From: Nemertoderma westbladi
Lineage: Eukaryota > Animalia > Xenacoelomorpha
Length of the DNA stretch: 64,000 nt
Reading direction: 5' to 3'
Assembly: GCA_032718475.1 (NCBI GenBank)
Contig: JAUCBJ010006002.1
Location: 49-64,048 of the forward strand
Shown here: positions 25,635 to 38,429 of the stretch, in pieces
Position numbering within the stretch: position 1 is the stretch's first letter
How the letters are laid out: the number at the start of each line of letters is the position of its first letter
The notes under the pieces: model-generated
The model's input: the letters and a program-made list of their open reading frames with translations, nothing else
Told to the model about the DNA's origin: nothing
Databases searched by the model: none
Translations under genes and position numbers: made by a program

Positions 25635-26719
25635 GGAGTCCGGACAATTGCGACCCGGACAAATGAGACCCGGACAAATGAGACCCGGACATGTTTGTTT
25701 TTAAATAAAAATTATGGGTCGCAATTGTCCGGATAAAGTAAAGGACATTTGCGACCCATTTTGTTTTTGCTTTTTTTTAAATGAAAAATAATTTTCTAAA
25801 GTATTAAATAATATGTTAATTTTATGTAATAAATTATTATTCATAATTATTAGTAATAATTATTCATTCACTTACGTTATAAATCGATTACGAGTTTGTT
25901 CAACAGGGTTGACAACATTAACAATAGCATCCTACGGGGTGTGTCTGTTATCTGTCGCCAACATGGCGTTTCGCGTAGTAGTGAAATGTTGAACTTAAAT
26001 TACGTAAAATAACACTAATTACTGTAATATAGTTGTGCTGTGCTAATAGTTAATAATCATACTTATGCTTTTCATGTACCCCATATTATTTAGACTCATC
26101 TACCTGTGTATTTCTATTGTCTAATTTAATTATGTATTTATTTTTACTATGTGCCTTAATGGCGTGGATTAAAGATAATAATAATAAAATTAATGTTCTA
26201 GAATTTAGATAATATAATATTACACTTACAACAGTTTAAGAATATAAACTAGCAATGAAGCAATATAAACTTGACTACATAAAAACTTTATTTAATTAGA
26301 TATCACATGTAGTAGCCTATAAGCTACATTGCATTTACCTATGGAAGTAAATTAATATAATTATTGGGATCAATAATATACATTACATCTTTTTATCTGG
26401 ATCCGGACAATTACGACCCGGACAATTGCGATCCGGACAATTGCGATCCGGACAATTGCGACCCGGACAATAGCGATCCGGACAATTGCGACCCGGACAA
26501 TTTTTTCTAAAATCATGGGTTGCAATTGACCGGGTCGCAATTGTCCGGGTCGCAATTGTCCGGGTCGCAATTGACCGGGTCGCAATTGTCCGGGTCGCAA
26601 TTGTCCGGGTCGCAATTGTCCGGGTCGCAATTGTCCAGGTCGCAATTGTCCAGGTCGCAATTGTCCGGGTCGTAATTGACCGGGTCGCAATTGTCCAGGT
26701 CGCAATTGTCCTAACATCC
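25635..26719. mobile_element. Non-autonomous TIR element with 15-bp CCGGACAATTGCGAC arrays
   Basis: Ends GGAGTCCGGACAATTGCG / CGCAATTGTCCTAACATCC; exact 8-bp TSD ATTTGGTG at 25627-25634 and 26720-26727. Confidence 0.8.
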
Positions 26720-27169
26720 ATTTGGTGCTATGCATACCATGTAAAGATCGCAGTTGGAGCCACTACAACCAACTTCGATTTCTTAGTAGTTGTCGCCTCT
26801 TCCATTACTACAGTGTTTTCCTTTCACCGACAGAGAAGTCTTTCCCGAGAACTTATTGTTTGGTGTTGCTGCTTCTACTCTACATGCTTGGTTCGTCGGA
26901 TACTTTCCCGACGACTTTTCTCCCCAATACTGGTACGATTCTGGGTGGTTGACATCTTCTTTAAATAACAAATGGGCTTCAGTTCAAAGGGACCCTCACC
27001 CTAGCCGATACCCGTAGTATAACATCAATTATTAGATTAAAATCAATAAATAAGTTAAGTCAGAAGTAGAGTAGACAGGTTTGTATTACCGCGAGCAGTA
27101 GGACTACTACCTCTCCTGGGTAAAAAAAACTATGTTCCATGTCTATGATAAATGGTAGACATGGTCAGG

Positions 27170-27988
27170 CTACCTGATATATTGTATGTCCGCAATTTTC
27201 TACCGCATTGCCTCCCATAATCTGTGAAATCCAATCACTTGCGGCGGCTGTGCTCGACCCTAATGTTACTTAGCCATCAAAATGCCAATAATAATTTACA
27301 ATATTATATAAATGACATATACTCTACCAGCAAGGCTATACAATAGAATTATAATGAATAGCATCGGGGAACCTGTTGAGAGTCTGCTATATGGGAACCG
27401 GGTCAACCAGCATGGGATCTGTAAATATCGTTGGGCATATTCTGGCTCGCCTATAAGGATAATTTATGAGTTTTCAAAAAAATACAAGACATCTGACTGT
27501 TGTCTATGTTGACTTCATTATGACATTATATGCGATTGCAGAGGAAATGTATTGAAGCAATCAGAACAAATTTCGATGTCTACCTGATATATTGTATGTC
27601 CGCAATTTTCTACCGCATTGCCTCCCATAATCTGTGAAATCCAATCACTTGCGGCGGCTGTGCTCGACCCTAATGTTACTTAGCCATCAAAATGCCAATA
27701 ATAATTTACAATATTATATAAATGACATATACTCTACCAGCAAGGCTATACAATAGAATTATAATGAATAGCATCGGGGAACCTGTTGAGAGTCTGCTAT
27801 ATGGGAACCGGGTCAACCAGCATGGGATCTGTAAATATCGTTGGGCATATTCTGGCTCGCCTATAAGGATAATTTATGAGTTTTCAAAAAAATACAAGAC
27901 ATCTGACTGTTGTCTATGTTGACTTCATTATGACATTATATGCGATTGCAGAGGAAATGTATTGAAGCAATCAGAACAAATTTCGATG
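27170..27988. repeat. 410-bp tandem duplication
   Basis: 27170-27578 repeated at 27580-27988; identical 66-aa ORFs at 27312 and 27722. Confidence 0.95.
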
Positions 27989-28240
27989 ACATTTGCCATG
28001 GGGAGTCCCAAGGGTGATACACGTGTACTACACTTGTATACAATTTTGGTGGATATGCTCTATGCATGTCCTACCTCATAAAAGCCTTATAAGGCTTAAA
28101 GCCTTAACCTTATAAAGATGTCATTATAGTTTTCATTGGGCACTGCTTAGCAAATTCGGCAGTACAATTTAGGTGGACTCATACTGGTGAACTCCAGATA
28201 GGAAGTATGAAGCTCTAACTATCACGCTAGTGTTTCTGGT
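27310..28240 (+). mobile_element. Heavily degraded RTE-like RT remnant
   Basis: ARLYNRIIMNSIGEPVESLL resembles KLYNRILLNRIRDPIERLL; GV.QGDT-like remnant near 28000. Confidence 0.55.
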
Positions 28241-28750
28241 TAAAGGGATACCTTGAAATACAACCTGATAACTTGTATGTCCACAATTTACGTCCGCATG
28301 ACCACCCATCTGTCAATATCATCATCTGCAGGCGCTGCGCTCAATTTACTGTACTTGGCCATCTTTATCCACTCTCTACAATAAAAGAGTACTATATGTT
28401 AACCATGAATCATCACGGCCACTATTATTATTAATACACTCTATCTACAAATTGATGGCGTCCCAAACTCTAATGAAAATAATCTTGTAAGCCTAACCCT
28501 ATTTCATAATCTAGGAAAATTTAGGATTGATGTCATAATTTAGGAGAACTTTGGGTATCATTGCCATCCCGGCCCTTCAAGGCCTATCTCAATAATGCCC
28601 AAGCCAAGGACCTAATTAGATTGGATAGACCAGAGACCGAATCATATTTAAATTAAATCATGAGTTTACAAATTTACTAAGATGAATGAACTTCGATCCT
28701 GTAGGGGACCAGTTTGATCCCACCTGGACGTAATTTCCAAATGTTGGGTC

Positions 28751-29519
28751 CGGGTCACGGGTCACGGGTCACGGGTCACGGGTCACGGGTCACGGGTTAC
28801 GGGTTACGGGTCACGGGTCACGGGTCACGGGTCACGGGTCACGGGTCACGGGTCACGGGTCACGGGTCACGGGTCACGGGTCACGGGTCACGGGTCACGG
28901 GTCACGGGTCACGGGTCACGGGTCACGGGTCACGGGTTACGGGTCACGGGTCACGGGTCACGGGTCACGGGTCACGGGTCACGGGTCACGGGTTACGGGT
29001 CACGGGTCACGGGTCACGGGTCACGGGTCACGGGTCACGGGTCACGGGTCACGGGTCACGGGTCACGGGTCACGGGTCACGGGTCACGGGTTACGGGTCA
29101 CGGGTCACGGGTCACGGGTCACGGGTCACGGGTCACGGGTCACGGGTCACGGGTCACGGGTCACGGGTCACGGGTCACGGGTCACGGGTCACGGGTCACG
29201 GGTCACGGGTCACGGGTCACGGGTCACGGGTTACGGGTCACGGGTTACGGGTCACGGGTCACGGGTTACGGGTCATGGGTCACGGGTCATGGGTCACGGG
29301 TCACGGGTCACGGGTCACGGGTCACGGGTCGGTCACGGGTCACGGGTCACGGGTTACGGGTCACGGGTCACGGGTCACGGGTCACGGGTCACGGGTCACG
29401 GGTCACGGGTCACGGGTCACGGGTCACGGGTCACGGGTCACGGGTCACGGGTCACGGGTCACGGGTCACGGGTCACGGGTCACGGGTCACGGGTTACGGG
29501 TCACGGGTCACGGGTCACG
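28751..29519. repeat. (GGGTCAC)n 7-bp satellite, about 110 units
   Basis: Highly homogeneous array with occasional GGGTTAC and GGGTCAT variants. Confidence 0.97.
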
Positions 29520-29529
29520 CTGCTTACCT

Positions 29530-30100
29530 TTAAACCCCCTTGTTAAGATTGTTTCCTCGAAGAATGCAAGAAAGTTACCATGGTGGAAGCAGACGTTGTT
29601 TTTCTTATGTCGTTCATTCCTTAGCAGATGATCTCTGAGTTTAATCTTAGGAAAAATTCAACTAACTACCATTGAGTGGGTCTCTGGTGGTTTGCCCTTC
29701 GTTAGACAAAGTGACTATAGTGCGCTTTAATGTGATGGGGTTCACATTGGGAATTGTTGAGCTGGAGTGTGGAGTGCATTTCTCCTGTAGGTCAGTGATG
29801 AGATGGTTCATAGATGTATCATACAAAATGCACTTGTGTTGTTTCTCGGTTAGAGAGTTTCTAATTGCAGACTGTGCCGCATCATATTGCACTAATATGG
29901 CTGTTTTGTATTGAAGCTGCTCCAGATTCATTTTCGGTTACAATGGAAAAGATATACTTTGTGGTTTATGGAGTTGGAGTTGTATCCTGATATCAACGTG
30001 TTTCTTCGTAATCCTTTCTGTACTCGCTGCTTTCGCTCATTCCTTCACTGTAAAGAACCACATATATCAACCACTCTCCATGAACACAGATGACGATCCA
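29530..30100 (-). mobile_element. Possible degraded Penelope-like RT N-terminal region
   Basis: IVTLSN...LNG and VEF..RL-like remnants resemble the Penelope pre-RT region; weak match. Confidence 0.3.
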
Positions 30101-31310
30101 GTGGACACTGCTGGAGACGTAAAGACGAGGTCATGCCAGTGCTCGGTAACTTAAATGATCTTGAAATTGACCTTGAAATCAACTTTAAGGTCAACTTGAA
30201 ACTCATTTTTACATTGACTAAGGTTTTCTTTTAAGTTCAAGTCAAGCGGGTAACTCAAAGTAATACTTAGTAGTCAAGGTGAAACTTGAAATTTCAAGGC
30301 ACACCTTGGGACTTAAAGATGGACGACAGGTTTGTTTATTTCAGCAGTTGCCATGGTTATGCAGTTAAGCCCATTGTATAATAAGGCCTGCAATAATTAT
30401 ACAAGACGTAATCCAAACTGTTTATAACGCTTATAGCAATGGAAATGAATGATAACACCTACTGTAGCAGCCGTAGCGTATATATCGAAGTAACATAGGC
30501 CTGTTGTATGTGGCAATAGTTATTGTTATAGGGGTGAGGGCGGTGGTGACAGGTGAGCAATGTAGATTCAATGAAAATTTGGAATATAGCTAACTATATA
30601 TCGAGCAAAAGGGTGGCTATTACTAAAATGTATAGCGGACTAAATCGAGACCAGACTGAGATATTACGAGATTATACATAGCATTCCATTCCTTTTAGTT
30701 GCCTATTAATCAGTAATTTACAATCGATAATTCAATATTAAAGGTACTTATAAGCTCTGCCGCTACACCTTGACATTACTGTACTGTAATGGAAGATAAC
30801 ATTTTGCCATGGTATAGCTTAGTTGTCCTACTTCTGAGCTGTATCTACAGGATATTTTACTCGCATTCAATGCCGATCCAGTGATGATAGATTTTTTATC
30901 ATTTATTTTTCATTAATTAGTATTATTAATTTGTATTATTATTATTATTATTATTTATATTTAATTGATTTTTTAGTACGTAGATGAAGCTCTAGAATTA
31001 GTTTAAAGAGCTATAGTAATTGTTCTATTAGTCGAAGTAGTAGGGCCTATCTCTTACATAGTTGTTCCGCTATATATAACCCCGTACATAGATTCAAACT
31101 AGTTGTTTTCTCTCATAAGGTAATAGGTGGCGATAGTGTATATTCGTAACTCGAAAAATCTAAATTCATAGTCTTTTGTAACATAAAGTTATCAACTCAC
31201 TTTATATACAATAATGACCTAACTATGTATAAACACTAATCACTATCCCCACCCACCACCCTATAATGTATTTAAGGGCTTTGCGGATTTTAAAAATTAA
31301 TATTTTGGTG

Positions 31311-31341
31311 GTTCACCCAGCCATTGCATGGCTGGGTGAAC
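31311..31341. other. Perfect 14-bp-stem hairpin, probable end of a Helitron/Helentron-type non-autonomous element
   Basis: GTTCACCCAGCCAT-TGC-ATGGCTGGGTGAAC. Confidence 0.5.
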
Positions 31342-34215
31342 AAAATGGTTAAAATTTCAAAGATAAATTTTAAAGTATGTCTGGCAATGTCCTATTAGAC
31401 TTTGCGTATAATGTATGAATTACTATAAAATATAAAAAATACTCTTATTCCATGCTTTAGGCCAAAGATCATAAAGATCATGATCAAAGATCATAAAAAT
31501 GACCCGTTTGGGCAAATTGACTAAAATTGTGTATTCGTCCACTAGCGAACCCGTATCGACCAAAAAGTTTCGAATTTTAAAGTAATATCGCTCGTTTTGA
31601 CTTTTCGAGATATTATCGCCTACTTCTTCCCAAAGGTGGCGATTCGCCTCTGATATTCGACTTGGCGGTCGGGGCCCCGATTTGACGAAAATCCATTTAT
31701 ATCGGCTTCCGCTGGGTCTTTTTGAAAATTTAAAAAATTGGCGAGCTCCTCTCGTTGTTTCCCATCAATTGGCACCGTTAATTTCGAGATTGGATTAATT
31801 AATTCGCTCTTAATTGGCGCTAATTGCTAATTACTGCTCCAGTTTCAATTTTGCAACTTGTGTGTCAAATTAACCCATCTATATGGGGCCTGACTTCTGC
31901 TGGGGAAGTAAAGAAAAAGGGATGGATGTTTTACGGATTGTTCACCCTTTGGAGTTAGTGTGTCGCACTCATTGTAACAGCCAAGACAGAGGAGCTGTCG
32001 GGTTGCTTCCAGTGTTTCTTGTTTCGCACGTTCACGTATCACTTCGCTCTTATTATACTGTTTTTAGTCACTATACCTGCAAAGAAAATTCACACACAGC
32101 GCACATTTTCGCTGTGTAAATTGAATTACCGGTACGTTACAACAGCGTTTTTATAATAGTCATACTGGAATATAGCTAATCAATTTTATCTTCAATTATA
32201 ACTATATTTGACTTGGCAATCGTACTGTAGTAAATAAATGCTACGCCTAGACAACAGATGTCCGATATTGAATATTACAGAGAAATAAGTTTATTCAGGA
32301 TAATATAAGTCCATACAGGATTAAATGCAACAAATGATAAAGCTTCAGTAACTTGATCTTAACCGATTCAATTCAAATTAGGAGTAACTAATGCATACCA
32401 TATGCACGCACATGTTTGTAATGAATCATAGTGTATCTTGGAGAAGTTTATTGAAACATTTTGTTGTTTGTGTCTCGTAATAATATTAAAATTAAAGTCT
32501 TAATTATGGTTACTAACCACAAATTAAACAAATCCAATGTCATTGGTCAATGAAATTATTGAAAATATTTTCACTTAACTTTATTTACTTTCCTATCTGT
32601 AATTGCTGCTAACAATTAAAGGTTTAGCAATAATTGATATTTTTGTATTCCTTGCATGGAGTACACAGACGCTCATATTATGTTGGAAGTAGGTGTTACT
32701 TATATTTGATGAAGTGCCTACTTATTTGGAGATGGGACAGTTTACTGACCAAGAGTTACAGAGTCAAACATTTAGAATGATTTATGAAAACGCAATACAG
32801 ATGACATCCACCTGTGGCAGTGCTGGACAGATCCAACCAAACAAACCTTTTGCCGGTCCAACAGGCAGTAATTACTAAGACACATTAGGGGAGGGTGACA
32901 TATCATGCATGACACCATTCATTGCTTCATTAGAGTCATATAAATTTATATAACGTTGATGAAACGCATTTCATATACTTATATAAATTGGGGTTGAGAT
33001 GATCATATTTTGACCATATTTTCAAATTTAATGTTATTTTAGAAGAAACTTAAGGTAAGGTAAGAAATTTAAATTCAAAATGGATTTATTTACCTTTATG
33101 ATAAAGCATAGATTTTACTGAGTTGGTGCTGCAGGCCCTATTTAAGGTATTTAAACTATGTTATAATAAAAATAATTTAACAATATAAAATATTAAGATA
33201 ATAATACCAAAAAGGCGGGAAATTTAAATTTATAAGGCAGATTTTTATACACTAGTCTATACAGTTATAGGATTACTACAGTACAGAAGTAGTTTAGTTC
33301 GATCCACTGTTCGACCTGTTACTTGGTACCAGCCCCAATCTAGAACTGGTTTGCCAGCCCCTCGCCGCGCAGACCAGCCCCATCTCCAAAACCCAACCTC
33401 CGCCAGGAGCAACAAAAACCCCGGCGGCAGAGGGAATTGGACCCGAGGAGAGCAAACTGCAGCCGTGGACGAACACCCCTCAGCACGCACGCGAGACCTC
33501 TCTCATGCATATTGCCACGCCTCGACAAGGTAAGAAATTGTATGCAAAGTGTAAATTCCGCAGTCTTATCCTGTTTAAACATTAAAGGCGTAAAATACAG
33601 TATAACCAACCACTACTTATCAGAATCATCTCAAGATGTCTTCAAGTATCATATATCGCGTATATTTGGTCATATTTTCCTACTTATATCGCCACTTAAT
33701 GTGCTAAAAACTTGATAAATAAGATAAGATAAGAAATTGTATGAAAATTTAAATCCTGGACGTCTCAAGCGGTTTAAACATTAAATAAATATTTGATGAA
33801 TATATACATATACAGTATTATACATATATTTAAACCCAATACAGACTTACAGAATTCCCTTATAATATCAATTCACACAATACCCTTTGTTTGTTTTAAA
33901 AACTAATAATAATACTTTGTTACTAATAACTAAATTATTATTATATATTATATATTATAAATTATTATAACAATATTATGTTTAAATTCAGACGCCATTT
34001 CGACATAATTGTAATAATGTAGAAATATATAAGTTGACAATTAATTATACTGTGGGACGAGCAATGATTGAAAGGTTAATAAGTGTCACTACTGCCTGTC
34101 TGCCAATGCTTATTCAAACATTTCTCATGCAATCAATATCTAAATCTCATTAAGGGGGGATTAATGACTAACCAACCAGACCACAGACAGCCAGTTTGGG
34201 CGGAAAGAATAAAAA

Positions 34216-37200
34216 TTTTTTTTTTTTAATAAAAGATACACCCCCAAGCGGGGTAAATTTTGATTATTATAAAACTTAAATATTAAAATAAAATATAATA
34301 TGCACAGTATGAAGAAAATATGTTATTTAAAATGTATTCTTTAATTGTAAAATACTTGATAGAGAAAGTGAAATATGTAAGATTTAAGAGGCGGCAAGCT
34401 CGGAGGGAGATGGGCAGAGGGGGCATGATAATGCGTGGTAGAGTTCGGTGCACGAACCGGAGCAGAACCGGCAGACACATTCATCGGAGAGATTATGAAA
34501 CGGTGTAGAAGTGGAACAGATCTTATGGTGGAAACCGTGGGCAGTTAGACGGGTAATGACGTGTCGGTTTTTTTTTTGCCCAGCAGCCTTCCACGAGGTT
34601 GATGTGAACGCGGGACCAGCCGAAAATCCCTTGGCATCGTAGTTCCGCTCGCGGTCGGATCTGAACTGTCGGTATGCGGTGATGACGTCGTCGTTGAAGA
34701 TATCTGGGGATTTGAGCAGTATATCTTCTGTGAGAGATTTCTCACTAACGAGTTTGAGCGAAAGTGTTGAAGGGGCTGACAGATGAAGGCCGAGCATTTT
34801 CTTAATAAAAGTAGTTTTTATTTTGTCTAGGTCCTTTAGAATAGTAAGTGATAAGAATTTGCCAATTTCGGATAAAGCGTAAGTTGATGTAGGGAGGATT
34901 TTCATTAAGAATATTTTTATACCAGTTTCGACAGAAAGTAGATGTAGTTTGTTCAATGAGCCAATTGCCCCATAGGATTTCTTCTTTTTTGATTTAATAT
35001 ATTTGGAGAAAGATAAAGATGGTTGAAGGATGATCCCGAGATATTCATATTCGTTGGTAATTATAATGGGTACGCGTAGGTAAATTTGTCTGATCGGACA
35101 AGAGGACCTCCATTTCTAAACTTTATGATCTTGGTCTTTATCATATTGACTTCCATCCCGTTGGCTAAGGCCCATTGATGTAAGATGTCGAGAGCTAATT
35201 GAATTTCATGTGGATTGGTGGAGTATATAGCTAGATCGTCGGCATAGAAGATAAATTTGATGATAGAACCTATTTGACGTAACGCCAGCGCCAGCGTAAC
35301 GTCAGCAATGAATATTATAAAGCTGGTCGGTGAGAAGCAGTCGCCCTGGAGTACCCCACGTAGTTGTTCGATTACGATGCTAAACCGGAGACCGTCGAAG
35401 ACTCTGAATCAGTTAGACAGGATGTCAGACAAGAGGTTGTATAGTTTACCCCTGATCCCTGCCTTATATAACTTCTCGATGAGAATAGCTCTGTTTACAA
35501 GGTCAAAGGCCTTGCGGAAATCTATGAACGCAACGTAGACTTTGCGTTCATCGCGAGTTGGTGATTTCAGTGCCGATGCAATGTCAAAGAGAAGTTTACG
35601 GATTGCCTGAAAGGTTGATTTACCGGGGGTAAATCCATATTGTTCGGGAGGGATTGCGCCAGGAATGTTGTTGCGAACACGGTTGTTTATAATTGAAGTT
35701 AGAATCTTAAGCAGTAATGATAATAAGGCGATTCCGCGATAATTATCCGGATTTGTTACCGAGCCTATCCCTTTATAGAGGATCATATTAATACTTTCCT
35801 TCCATCGTATTGGGATTTTACCGATATGTATGGTATGGTAGAGTAGAGTTACAATGACGAGAATCCATGGAAGGGCTTGTTTTAAATGCTCATAGTAGAG
35901 ACGTCCAGGCCCACATGCTTTCTTATTAGAACTCTCTCCAATAGCTGACTCAACTTCCTCGGATGTGAAGGGGTCATTGAACCATTACGATTCCAGTAAT
36001 TCCTCGTTAGATGGCATAGTTATCGGCGGTATTTCGGGTACATCCGCAATTGTTCCGAGTAGATTTTTAATGTGGGTCTCTAGTTTTGTTGAGTCGATAG
36101 GAGCAGCTGTCGGTTTCTTCTTTCCGAATAGAGTCCACGGTTTAATTTCAGTGTCGTCATTTAACTCCATTAGTTTGACTTCCTCGTAAGATTTGCGTTT
36201 CTTTTTTAGTACCGATTTGTAGTTCTTGCGTAGTTCCCAGTATCGAGATTTATCGCAATTGGAGATGTTTCTCATTGGCATCGCTAACATGAGACTATCC
36301 TTGAGTTCTTTGCACTCGGCGTCGAACCACGGTTTGTTGTGTTTGCCCTTCAGTTTCCCTTTATCTACTGTTGAATCAATTAAAGTTTGCGAGAGGAGCA
36401 TAGCAGCATGGTCCACATCGATGGAATCGGAGTGTTCCAGCAGCTTTTCGTGTCGGATTCTGAGATTTACATTATCGTGAAGTTTGGTTAGGGTTATATT
36501 TCGACTAAGCGGTGGATCCCGAGATTGAGCGAGAAGCGGTGTGTCTGCGTTGCCATTCGTTAGAATCTTGATCGATATACATTGGTGTTTCCGAATGGGG
36601 TTATATATGTTATGGTAGGAATTGGTATGTCGGAGAGGGGATGAGTGGCTTTAATATAGAATAGGTTGATGACACTCTCCCCCTGGGGAGATATGTATGT
36701 TGGGGACGAATCCGGGGATAAACAAATGAACCCTAACGATTGGAGATGGCCCGTGAGATCGGAACCCCGTCGACTGGAGTCCAATCTACAATTGAAATCA
36801 CCACTGATAATGATATCGATGTTTGGATCTGTGTTGGTCAGCGATAAGTTGATTGTCAGTAATATATCTTCGATTGAAGTTTTGGGAGTGAAATAGAAAA
36901 CGATGAAGAACACGGTATCAGTCTTTAATACTATGAATGAGTCTGCTTTTATTATAAATGACGGGTTTAAACGCGGTATGCTCATTTTCATCAAACCACC
37001 GGAGGGTCTGCCATGGGCTGGTTTAAGTACAGATTGGACGAAACAGTAATAGTTGTCGTTGTGAAAAGTAGGGCTGGTTATGAAGGTTTCCGTAAGTAAT
37101 ATAACATCGCTGTCTTTATATATGTCTGTAATCGGTAGATGGTTCTCTAAATAGTTTAAACCCTCGACGTTCCATAAGATTACTGTATGTGATTGTCAGT

Positions 37201-38150
37201 TACGGGCTGCCGCAGCCGCTTGTTGAGATGAGTCTACCGGGTTCGTATGTCTCCTCGGGTTTCTCCTTTGAATTCCAAACACCTCTCGTTCATTGTCGTT
37301 AAGAGCGAATTGCGAATTGTGACGCCTTCCGGCCAAACAGTAGGATCGATTAGCGCATCCCTGTCCTCACATTCGCAGACAACGTTGAAACTTCTTGATG
37401 TTGCCACAGGGAAAACTTCGCGTGCTATAATTTTCGTGAAATGGAGATTCCCTTCATTGAGATAGTTTTCCACATCCTTCGCTTAGACGGATAATTCGAG
37501 TTGATATGGATATGCGATTGTCTCGGATTGGATGCAGTTGGTGTTGGGCAGGCAGCAGCTCGTAATGAACTGGAATCACCTACCTTACTTCCTGTACCGT
37601 GGAGAGGTTTGTTGTGAGTAGGCAAAGACAGGTTTGGTCTGTGGGTTGAGATGTCGCGTCGTTCGCGAACGGGTTGCTGGGTTGTGTCTCCACTGCGTCA
37701 CCCTGAGTTGATCCCGACCGAGGCGATTGACGATTCCGATCGCGGTGTCGCCGTGCCTTTGTTCAGAGCATCACGGTAGGATAGATTATTCGGTTGATTT
37801 GATTGAGATAGCCTGTGAAGATCGGATTCTGCCTTTATTAGTTTTCCCTGGGCATCTATCGTTTCCCTTTGGCAAGCAGCTAGATTACCCAGAGAGATCG
37901 TAAACATCGACATCATTTTCATTAAATTATCAGTTATTAACCGCTCCTGTTGGTTGTTGAGATTCTTCTTCTCTTTTACTACTTTGAGAACAGTCAAAAT
38001 GTCGTCATTGAGAGCGACAAACTCACTCGCCATATTAACTTGAATAATATAAAAAAAAAGAAGGCTGACAGGGTATTACAGTATAAGAAGCAGTTAGTTA
38101 CTCTTTGTACACTCTCCACCGAAAATGGGAGCAGACTAGACTAGATTTAA
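34216..38150 (-). mobile_element. Near full-length two-ORF non-LTR retrotransposon (RTEX-like), frameshifted
   Basis: ORF1 pieces 37698-38033 and 37234-37473 (..DPTVWPEGVTIR); ORF2 APE (WNVEGL, LTETF, GRPSGG, GDFN), RT (NYRGIAL, QYGF, DFRKAFD, GVLQGD, FYADD, YEYLG) and C-terminal CRFC..H..C; A-tail at 34216-34227. Confidence 0.88.
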
Positions 38151-38429
38151 AATTTGAAGGTAAATTACCTTCTCGGAATCTCGGAATGACATTTTTCATT
38201 TTTTAAATAATTACTCCTTGGCCATTTTTTAACCAATTTTCTATATTTTTGGGTCATTCGACAGGGTTTCGGCAGTTCTTTAAAGTGTCTATTACAGTGT
38301 AGATTATACGTATATACAGTATACTTTAAAACTTATCGGTTTAAATTTTTCTATTTCTGTTTTTACAGTCAATTTTTCAGATTAAAGCCAAAAATTTGCA
38401 CCGAATGCAGACTGGGTAGTCTAATGAGG

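Noticed and set aside
26370-26968. PGQLR / RTIAT / VAIVR repeat ORFs
   Set aside because: 15-bp transposon arm arrays that are open in several frames
28751-29519. Interstitial telomere
   Set aside because: The unit is GGGTCAC, not TTAGGG or TTAGG; nothing here shows it is telomeric
28714-29631. 305-aa GHGSRVT-repeat ORF
   Set aside because: A translation by-product of a stop-free 7-bp satellite
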